Assembly (NCBI GenBank): GCA_040289575.1
Contig: PSLL01000003.1
Span: 20,976 to 32,989 of the forward strand
Length of the DNA stretch: 12,014 bases
Reading direction: 5' to 3'
DNA from: Candidatus Dadabacteria bacterium
GTDB taxonomy: Bacteria; Desulfobacterota_D; UBA1144; Nemesobacterales; CSP1-2
Part shown: positions 1 through 6,572 of the stretch, one piece after another
Position numbering within the stretch: position 1 is the first letter of the stretch
Layout of the letters: each line of letters begins with the position of its first letter
Made by a program: the position numbers and the translations under genes
The notes under the pieces: model-generated
Database searches by the model: none
Told to the model about the DNA's origin: nothing
Seen by the model: the letters and a program-made list of their open reading frames with translations, nothing else

Positions 1-21
1 TCTCTCAAGAGATTGTTATTC

Positions 22-141
22 AGCCGCAGATCGGCGCGTATGGACACGAATAAGAAATATGAGTTTTGTAGGAGGCGGGTTTCAAACCTGCCCCCTATTT
101 TAAGATTAATTTGTGTTAATTTGTGTCTATTCGTGGCTAAA
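22..141. repeat. Palindromic intergenic repeat with 10-bp-periodic arms (copy 1)
   Basis: Left arm units GCCGCAGATC/GGCGCGTATG/GACACGAATA (23-52). Right arm TAATTTGTGT TAATTTGTGT CTATTCGTGG CTAAA (107-141). 40-52 is the exact reverse complement of 11800-11812, and 128-141 of 11702-11715. Confidence 0.75.
68..97. repeat. REP-like GTAG-led palindrome
   Basis: GTAGGAGGCGGGTTT-C-AAACCTGCCCCCTA. Positions 69-82 pair with 84-97 with one mismatch and one G-T pair. It begins with GTAG, as GTAG-family REPs do. Confidence 0.65.
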
Positions 142-172
142 TAATCATTCATAAATTTTTGGAGAACTCGAT

Positions 173-2257
173 TTGAGCGAGATGGATTACGAAGAGGAAA
201 GGAGGAATAAAAGGGGCTATGACATAAGGGTTATAAAATGGCTCTTTGGGTTTGCCCGCCATTACAGAGGGCTCATGGTCCTCTCCCTGATTTTTATGCT
301 TATTACAGCGGCAATTGAGCTCCTTGTTCCATATATAACGAAGATTGCCGTAGATAAATACATATTTCTCCCTTGGATGGAGGTGAGGTTTTCGAGTAAT
401 GAAGGACTTGAGAAATCCATTAAGGAGAAATATTCATCGGGATCTGGGGTAGTGATAAAGAGGAAGGGTATCGGGGGAACCACAATCATCCCAATTGATA
501 AGGATTCATACTTAATTGATCTCTCCCGGATTGGAAAAGGGGATAGGGTTGATCTTGAAAAATTTGGAGTTGTCTCAAAAGAGAGATACCTGGTTGTTGA
601 CAGGGCCGGAGATAAGGTTGATGAAATATTAAAGAGCCATCCCGATATATTTAAACCCCTAAGGCGGGTATATTTTGCGAGTTACTCCTCTCTTAAAAGG
701 CTCAGCCGCGATGAGGTAAGGATGCTGCGGATTGGAGACATAGGGCAGGTTGATAAACTCGCCCTCCTTTTGCTTATTGTCCTTTTTTCAGACTTTCTTT
801 TTAGCTCTGCTTACACCTATTTTCTAAATTACTCCGGGCAGAGGATTATGCACAAAATAAGATTGGGTGTATTCTCCCATCTCGTTACTCTTCCTCAATC
901 TTTTTTTGACAGGAATCCCGTTGGAAGGCTCACAACACGCATCACAAATGATGTGAATGCGATAAACGAAATGTATACATCAGTACTTGTACAGTTCTTT
1001 AAAGACCTTATTGTGATTTTTGGTGTTCTTATGGTGATGTTTAATATGAACAAAACCCTTACCGCGTTTATATTTGTTCTCACCGTAATTCTTGGGATCA
1101 TAGGGGCACTTTTTAAAAAGAGGTTGCAGATAATATACAGGAGCGTTAGGAGGTCAATTGCAAGACTAAACGCATTCGTCCAAGAAAGTATAAGGGGAAT
1201 TATAGTCATAAAACTCTATCTCAGAGAAAGAGAGAATTTTGAGAGATTCAAAGAGGTAAACCGAGAGAACTATAGGGCAAATATGGATCAGCTTTTTGCG
1301 TTTGCTACATTTAGACCTATCATTGAATTTATAAGCACCTTTGCCGTAGCTCTTATACTCTGGTATGGGGGGTTGAGGATTATAAAACTCGATCTTACCC
1401 TTGGCGCCCTTATCGCCTATCTTGCCTATATAAGGATGCTCTTCGGGCCGATTGTCGAACTCACAGAGAGATATAACATATTTCAGTCTGCCATAGCGGC
1501 GTCTGAAAATCTCTATGACCTTGTAAACCTGGGGCCTGAGGAAAGAGCGGGTAGAGGATTAGAGAATGTGAGGGGAAGATTGGAATTTAAGAACGTCTGG
1601 TTTTCCTATAATGGAGAAGATTGGGTTCTAAAAGACGTCTCTTTTAGTGCGGAGTCGGGCCAAACCGTGGCTCTTGTGGGTCTCACGGGTTCCGGAAAGA
1701 CCACTATAATTAACCTGATTCTTAAATTTTACGATATACAAAAAGGGCAGATTCTCTTTGACGGGATTGACATAAGAGAAATCGATCCGGATTTTTTAAG
1801 GACGAACGTCTCAACTGTATTTCAGGATATGTTCCTCTTTGGAAAAAACGTCTCCGGCGGTACACATCTCAATGGAGACGGATTTGCAAAAACGGTGGGC
1901 ACAGACGGGATGGGCTTGGACGGGCGTTTTATCTCTTCCGGTGAGAGACAACTCATTTATTTGGGAAGGGCATTTTCAAAGGACGCAAGGGTTTTAATCT
2001 TGGATGAAGCCACATCTCTTATAGATGCCGAGATGGAACTGAGGGTACAAGAGGAACTCAAAAACGGTTCTCGAAAGAGAACCACTATAATCGTTGCACA
2101 CAGGCTCTCAAGCGTAAGGGAGGCAGATAAGATCATTGTTATACACAAGGGGGAGATCTTTGAGACCGGAACCCATAGCGAGCTTTTGATGAAAAGGGGG
2201 ATTTACTATAACCTATACAGGCTTCAGAATGAGATTTATCGCTTCCCTTTAGTATAG
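173..2257 (+). CDS. ABC exporter fused permease/ATP-binding subunit (MdlB/YheH/TM288-like heterodimer half)
   Basis: Hydrophobic TM segments with FFDRNPVGRLTTRITND. Walker A GLTGSGKTT, Q-loop FQD, degenerate signature ISSGE, Walker B ILDEATS, H-loop AHR. GGAGA at 161-165 precedes TTG 173 (alternative ATG at 182). Confidence 0.93.
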   Translation: MSEMDYEEERRNKRGYDIRVIKWLFGFARHYRGLMVLSLIFMLITAAIELLVPYITKIAVDKYIFLPWMEVRFSSNEGLEKSIKEKYSSGSGVVIKRKGIGGTTIIPIDKDSYLIDLSRIGKGDRVDLEKFGVVSKERYLVVDRAGDKVDEILKSHPDIFKPLRRVYFASYSSLKRLSRDEVRMLRIGDIGQVDKLALLLLIVLFSDFLFSSAYTYFLNYSGQRIMHKIRLGVFSHLVTLPQSFFDRNPVGRLTTRITNDVNAINEMYTSVLVQFFKDLIVIFGVLMVMFNMNKTLTAFIFVLTVILGIIGALFKKRLQIIYRSVRRSIARLNAFVQESIRGIIVIKLYLRERENFERFKEVNRENYRANMDQLFAFATFRPIIEFISTFAVALILWYGGLRIIKLDLTLGALIAYLAYIRMLFGPIVELTERYNIFQSAIAASENLYDLVNLGPEERAGRGLENVRGRLEFKNVWFSYNGEDWVLKDVSFSAESGQTVALVGLTGSGKTTIINLILKFYDIQKGQILFDGIDIREIDPDFLRTNVSTVFQDMFLFGKNVSGGTHLNGDGFAKTVGTDGMGLDGRFISSGERQLIYLGRAFSKDARVLILDEATSLIDAEMELRVQEELKNGSRKRTTIIVAHRLSSVREADKIIVIHKGEIFETGTHSELLMKRGIYYNLYRLQNEIYRFPLV

Positions 2258-2260
2258 AGA

Positions 2261-3031
2261 TTATTCCTCAATTATTGCAACCGGCCTTACCCAGCCCGCG
2301 CTTCCTCTCAAAACCTTAATAGGGAAACATGCCAACTTGAAACCGAAGGGAGGGAGGAGGTCCAAATTGGTGAGCTTTTCAATCTGACAGTATTCCTTTT
2401 CGATTCCCGCAAAGTGTGCACCCCAGATGATACTGCTGTCGCCCGTTCTTTTAAACTCCTCTACAATTGCCGCAAAGGGTCTATCCCATCCGGCGGAATC
2501 GGTTCCCATGACCTTAACTCCCTGATCACAAAGCCATAGGGTGGATTCTCTTCCTAAACCCGGAAACTTAGACCAGTAATCCAGGGTACCCCAGAGCTTA
2601 TCGGCTCCCGTCATAATGAGGACAATATCAAACGGTTTAATTCTATAGGAGATTTTGTCCAGAGCCTCTTCCAGGTCAGAGACCGTAATTAAGTCTCCGG
2701 GTTTCTTGTGCCTCATATCTATTACAACCCCGTCTCCGTAAAACCACTCAACGGGTACTTCATCTATTGTTCTTGCCCTCTTTCCCTCTGAGGTTGGATG
2801 GTAGTGCCAGGGGGCATCAATATGTGTCCCGACATGTGTACCAAGGGTGACGTAGTCATTAGCCCAGCCAAGGCCCTTTGGTAGGTCTTCCCTTCTACAC
2901 TGGAACCGTCTTATCATATACTCTGCGGTCTCATGGTGCTCTTCGTGTTTTATTTGGAGAAGCTGGTGTTCCGGACCAGGGACAGGTTCAATCTTTAGGC
3001 TGAGATCAATGAGTTTCGTTGTCTTGTGCAT
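2261..3031 (-). CDS. Cyclase family protein (kynurenine formamidase-like metal-dependent hydrolase)
   Basis: Signature THVGTHIDAPWHY (HxGTHxDAPxH) and C-terminal IEKLTNLDLL...FPIKV...GWVRPVAI. Confidence 0.92.
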   Translation of the reverse strand: MHKTTKLIDLSLKIEPVPGPEHQLLQIKHEEHHETAEYMIRRFQCRREDLPKGLGWANDYVTLGTHVGTHIDAPWHYHPTSEGKRARTIDEVPVEWFYGDGVVIDMRHKKPGDLITVSDLEEALDKISYRIKPFDIVLIMTGADKLWGTLDYWSKFPGLGRESTLWLCDQGVKVMGTDSAGWDRPFAAIVEEFKRTGDSSIIWGAHFAGIEKEYCQIEKLTNLDLLPPFGFKLACFPIKVLRGSAGWVRPVAIIEE

Positions 3032-3037
3032 AAAACC

Positions 3038-3066
3038 ATTATATTAGCTATCGGGGCTCATATCAA
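3038..3066 (-). promoter_or_regulatory. Sigma70-type promoter of the cyclase gene (predicted leaderless)
   Basis: Minus strand TTGATA (3066-3061), 17 bp, TATAAT (3043-3038), 6 nt, ATG (3031). No Shine-Dalgarno sequence. Confidence 0.75.
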
Positions 3067-3172
3067 CGGGAGTTCTCCCCTCGTCTATTTGCTCTATAGA
3101 AACATGTTTCTGTCCGTCTCTATTGTCCTCTTCTTTATTTTAGGTTCCCTGATATTCATCTACAAAATGGAC

Positions 3173-3200
3173 TTGTTGTTTTCATATTCATGGGTATAAT
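3173..3200 (+). promoter_or_regulatory. Putative promoter of the tRNA pair
   Basis: TTGTTG (3173-3178), 16 bp, TATAAT (3195-3200), ending 15 nt upstream of tRNA-Pro. Confidence 0.55.
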
Positions 3201-3215
3201 TTCATTTTTTATAGT

Positions 3216-3291
<76 letters not shown>

Positions 3292-3298
3292 TCTCGAT

Positions 3299-3375
3299 GC
3301 GCCCATAGCTCAGTTGGACAGAGCAACGGCCTTCTAAGCCGTGGGTCGGGGGTTCGAATCCCTCTGGGCGCGCCA
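3299..3375 (+). tRNA. tRNA-Arg(TCT)
   Basis: Acceptor stem GCGCCCA/TGGGCGC. Anticodon arm ACGGC-CTTCTAA-GCCGT (TCT at 3333-3335). T-loop TTCGAAT. Encoded GCCA end. Confidence 0.97.
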
Positions 3376-3443
3376 AATAAATTCAGCAAGATAATTAAGT
3401 GTAAAAATATTCGGTACTATAACAATCAAGATAGGAGGAATCC

Positions 3444-4451
3444 ATGAGGGTTTTTGAGATTAAACAAGCTACGGGCATAGATGCCCTGACTCTCACTGAG
3501 AGGCCGAAGCCCAAGCCCGGCTATGGGCAGGCACTGGTGAATATAAAAGCCGTATCGCTCAACTACCGTGATTTGCTGGTGGTCAAAGGCTCATATAGTC
3601 GTAATCTACCCCTACCTCTCATCCCTTGTTCGGATGGGGTTGGCGAGGTAATTGAAGCCGGAGATGGTGTCACACGCGTCAAGAAGGGAGACCGTGTTGC
3701 CGGTATATTCATGCAGACTTGGATATCGGGAGAGCTGAATGAGAGCAAGGCAAAGTCTGCTTTGGGCGGAGCGGTTGAGGGAGTGCTTGCAGAATGTGTT
3801 TTGTTCCATGAGGACGGATTGGTACACATACCGGAGCATCTTTCTTATGAAGAGGCGGCCACATTACCCTGCGCAGCGGTCACAGCATGGAATGGGCTTA
3901 TAACCTCAGGAGGCCTGAAGCCTGGCGATACAGTGCTGATAATGGGCACGGGAGGAGTATCCATTTTTGGGCTGCAGTTTGCCAAGATTTCTGGCGCAAG
4001 GGTAATTGCCACATCCAGCAGCGATGAGAAACTGGAGAGGGTTAAACAATTGGGGGCATCCGACGGTATTAACTACAAATCAGTGCCGGATTGGGATAAG
4101 AAGGTATTGGAAATAACCGGCGGGAAAGGAGTAGATCATGTGGTTGAGGTCGGCGGCGCGGGAACGCTGACAAAATCACTTCGCGCAGTGCGTATGGGAG
4201 GACATATCAGTCTGATTGGCGTGCTTTCCGGGGCAGGAGAAGCCAATCCTTTACCGGCGGTGATGAAAAATATTCGTATTCAAGGTATCTATGTGGGTTC
4301 TCGTGAGATGTTCGAGGCAATGAACCGTGCTATTTCTATACATCAACTCCATCCGGTAATTGATCGCGTATTTTCGTTCGAAGAATCTCGGGAAGCATTC
4401 CGTTATATGGAAAGTGGTGCGCACTTTGGCAAAGTGGTTATTCGACTCTGA
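3444..4451 (+). CDS. MDR-superfamily NAD(P)-dependent oxidoreductase (quinone-reductase-like 'alcohol dehydrogenase')
   Basis: SLNYRD, PLIPCSDGVGEV, AATLPCAAVTAW, nucleotide-binding GTGGVS, C-terminal HFGKVVI. SD GGAGG upstream. No structural-zinc cysteine cluster. Confidence 0.92.
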   Translation: MRVFEIKQATGIDALTLTERPKPKPGYGQALVNIKAVSLNYRDLLVVKGSYSRNLPLPLIPCSDGVGEVIEAGDGVTRVKKGDRVAGIFMQTWISGELNESKAKSALGGAVEGVLAECVLFHEDGLVHIPEHLSYEEAATLPCAAVTAWNGLITSGGLKPGDTVLIMGTGGVSIFGLQFAKISGARVIATSSSDEKLERVKQLGASDGINYKSVPDWDKKVLEITGGKGVDHVVEVGGAGTLTKSLRAVRMGGHISLIGVLSGAGEANPLPAVMKNIRIQGIYVGSREMFEAMNRAISIHQLHPVIDRVFSFEESREAFRYMESGAHFGKVVIRL

Positions 4452-4465
4452 TATAGGCTTTCCGC

Positions 4466-4541
4466 TGTCATTGCGAGCGAAGCAATCTCCTCATTTTTCT
4501 CTGTCTTAGATTGCTTCGTCGCTTTGCTCCTTGCAATGACA
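4466..4541. repeat. Palindromic repeat element TGTCATTGCGAG...CTTGCAATGACA
   Basis: Outer inverted repeat 4466-4477/4530-4541 (one G-T pair). Inner perfect 11-bp inverted repeat CGAAGCAATCT (4478-4488)/AGATTGCTTCG (4508-4518). Confidence 0.8.
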
Positions 4542-4628
4542 TATGAGACTGTTTGCATAGATATTAATATCCTCTACAGTGAGGTTCATTGAGATTATCC
4601 AAATCAACAAAAAAATAAGGAGGGAATC

Positions 4629-5053
4629 ATGAAACGAAAAGCCTCGGCAGTTTGGAAAGGCGATCTTAAAAGCGGTAGGGGAATGATCTCAACCGATAGC
4701 GGTGTTTTATCAAATACCCAATATTCCTTCAGCACCCGATTTGAAGATGGAATCGGTACAAATCCGGAAGAACTAATAGCCGCGGCCCATGCCGGTTGTT
4801 TCTCAATGGCGCTCTCCGCACAGCTTGCCAACGCCGGTATGGTTGCGAAAGCATAAATACCACTGCCACGCTCACAATGGAAAAACTTGAGGCCGGCTGG
4901 ACTGTGACCGGAATTCATCTTGATGTAACCGCCAGGATTCCGGGTGCGGATCGAACGGCATTTGAAACGGCGGCCAAAAACGCTAAAGAGGGTTGTCCAA
5001 TTTCTCGCCTTTTGAATGCGAAGATTACGATGGACGCAAAATTGCATGGCTGA
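4629..5053 (+). pseudogene. osmC: OsmC family peroxiredoxin, frameshifted (pseudogene or sequencing error)
   Basis: N-half has [20 protein letters not shown] and ends at TAA 4854-4856. C-half [13 protein letters not shown]...[11 protein letters not shown] is in the -1 frame. Adding one base near 4847 gives a 141-aa ORF with both conserved Cys. SD AAGGAGG at 4617-4623. Confidence 0.9.
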
Positions 5054-5167
5054 CTCTGAGAGTAAAATCGAAGAGTAATGGATGAATCTCAAACCTAACA
5101 CCTATCGGTCTTAAAAAGGGCATATATCGATAATATCGCCATACTCACTATAGGGTTATCTCAAGGT

Positions 5168-5195
5168 TTGGAAGAGAGTGGAGCACGGCTATAAT
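5168..5195 (+). promoter_or_regulatory. Putative sigma70-type promoter for the DUF355 gene
   Basis: TTGGAA (5168-5173), 16 bp, TATAAT (5190-5195). Confidence 0.4.
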
Positions 5196-5308
5196 TTATA
5201 CTCTATTTGAGAGTAGGATTAGATGTCCGATCAAAGCATATAGGAAACCGATTTGTTGGCACCGCGCTTAAATTGCATAGGTTACTTAGGTTATTAAGGA
5301 GAAAGACT

Positions 5309-5794
5309 ATGGAGCTTAAAGCTGTGAAGATCCAAAAACCAGATGATGTGAACCTTATCTTAGGACAGTCCCATTTTATTAAAACGGTTGAGGATATTCA
5401 TGAGGCTCTGGTAAACACAGTCCCAGGGATAAGGTTCGGTCTTGCCTTTTGCGAATCTTCGGGTCCATGCCTTATAAGGTATAGCGGCACCGATTCTGAA
5501 CTCACCGAGTTAGCAAAGAATAACGCATTTAGTCTTTCGGCAGGTCATAGCTTTATCATATTTCTTAGGAATAGCTACCCAGTTAATGTTTTGAACGCTG
5601 TAAAGAATGTTCCGGAGGTTTGTAGAATCTTCTGTGCCACTGCGAATCCTGTTGAGGTGATCATAGTCGAGTCTGAACAGGGGAGGGGCATTGTTGGTGT
5701 CATTGATGGACTAAAATCGAAAGGGATTGAGACCGAGAAGGATATTGAGGAGAGAAAGGCATTTTTAAGAAAGATCGGATATAAGGTCGGGTAG
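5309..5794 (+). CDS. Adenosine-specific kinase family protein (DUF355)
   Basis: [64 protein letters not shown]. Start placed at ATG 5309 after SD AAGGAG (5296-5301), giving 161 aa, rather than TTG 5207. Confidence 0.9.
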   Translation: MELKAVKIQKPDDVNLILGQSHFIKTVEDIHEALVNTVPGIRFGLAFCESSGPCLIRYSGTDSELTELAKNNAFSLSAGHSFIIFLRNSYPVNVLNAVKNVPEVCRIFCATANPVEVIIVESEQGRGIVGVIDGLKSKGIETEKDIEERKAFLRKIGYKVG

Positions 5795-5890
5795 TTTTTA
5801 CCACTTTTCCTCATCTACTTTATGCTGACGAGAGTTATAGAAGATATAAAATTCCTACGCATCGATTTTCTCTTTCAAATTGATAAGCTA

Positions 5891-5925
5891 TAAAAAGAAG
5901 CGGGCCCTTGACTCAAGGGCTCGCT
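5891..5925 (-). terminator. Intrinsic terminator oriented for minus-strand transcription (possibly bidirectional)
   Basis: Minus strand AGCGAGCCCTTG-AGT-CAAGGGCCCGCT followed by TCTTTTT. No U-tract follows the hairpin on the plus strand. Confidence 0.75.
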
Positions 5926-5979
5926 CAAAGGAAGGGAATATATCAGAATGGTGGATGTCCGGGGAGATGAAAGACACAT
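5892..5979 (-). ncRNA. Candidate ~85-nt small regulatory RNA
   Basis: Bounded by an extended -10 (TG-G-TAGCAT, 5992-5984) and the terminator. C/U-rich segments UUCAUCUCCCC and AUUCCCUUCCUUU. No SD-led ORF. Confidence 0.55.
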
Positions 5980-5983
5980 TTTT

Positions 5984-6038
5984 ATGCTACCATCCATTTG
6001 TTAAATCCATATTATGCTCTTGTTAATCTGTTGTTAAT
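5984..6038 (-). promoter_or_regulatory. Pho-box-like array plus extended -10, minus strand
   Basis: TGTTAA (minus TTAACA) at 5999, 6021 and 6032, with a 4/6 copy at 6010, in exact 11-bp phase. The proximal repeat lies 9 nt upstream of -10 TAGCAT. Confidence 0.7.
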
Positions 6039-6101
6039 TTTATATAAGTAGGGACTCGTTGCGAATAAGCTATCAACCTGAGATTGCCTTAGTGTAGTTA
6101 T

Positions 6102-6145
6102 CTAAACCTGTACTTAACGTATTCTTAATACAAAAACAACAAAAT
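6102..6145 (+). promoter_or_regulatory. Second Pho-box-like array, plus strand
   Basis: 11-bp units CTAAACCTGTA / CTTAACGTATT / CTTAATACAAA / AACAACAAAAT starting at 6102, 6113, 6124 and 6135. Confidence 0.55.
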
Positions 6146-6239
6146 CGTGTAACTATTTATTTAAAGTCAAAAAGTATTAGATAAATTGAGGAATCAGATG
6201 CTTTATGATTTGAGTGGCAACGCATGAGGAGGTCAGTGG

Positions 6240-6407
6240 ATGTGGTGGATAATATTTATGACAATCTTTGCTATATGTCTAATTGTTAAAAGCTATAATC
6301 GGTCAAAAATACCTGCAAGGCGCAAACATAAAAGATACAAATGTGAATATGACGGGTACAACTGGAATGGATACAGATGGTATGATGGATATAACTTGAA
6401 TGAATGA
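6240..6407 (+). CDS. Unannotated 55-aa single-pass membrane microprotein
   Basis: SD GAGGAGGT (6226-6233) 6 nt before ATG. Translation MWWIIFMTIFAICLIVKSYNRSKIPARRKHKRYKCEYDGYNWNGYRWYDGYNLNE. Shorter than any ORF in the supplied track. Confidence 0.65.
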   Translation: MWWIIFMTIFAICLIVKSYNRSKIPARRKHKRYKCEYDGYNWNGYRWYDGYNLNE

Positions 6408-6572
6408 GAGCCATATAAATAATCGAGTCAAAATCACAAAGGCAATAACAAGCACACCCATACTAAGTACCGGTTAGGAAAACTCTCTTTAAGAAGGTAT
6501 TTGACCCTTGTGTTTACTAAGACTTTGGTGTGCCCTTAGAAAAATCAATTAATAACTACTTACCTTATCAAA

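Noticed and set aside
4846..4851. CGAAAG at the osmC break resembles the CGA-AAG -1 frameshift motif
   Set aside because: It is not in the translated frame (codons are GCG AAA GCA), so the known mechanism does not apply.
4604..5101. 165-aa minus-strand ORF and the other short ORFs overlapping larger genes
   Set aside because: They are antisense or alternative-frame shadows of well-supported genes, with no motifs of their own.
5207..5308. N-terminal extension of the DUF355 ORF, or a riboswitch in this leader
   Set aside because: Family similarity and the SD both point to ATG 5309. The leader has only a short hairpin and a 9-bp tandem (TAGGTTACT TAGGTTATT), with no riboswitch motif I recognise.
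5875..5979. 34-codon leaderless minus-strand ORF (MCLSSPRTSTIL...) at the candidate sRNA start
   Set aside because: It runs through the terminator and has no protein-like features, so a non-coding reading is simpler. It is not fully excluded.
6225..6227. In-frame TGA as selenocysteine or an alternative genetic code
   Set aside because: No SECIS-like hairpin follows, and TGA ends other genes here (4449-4451, 5051-5053).
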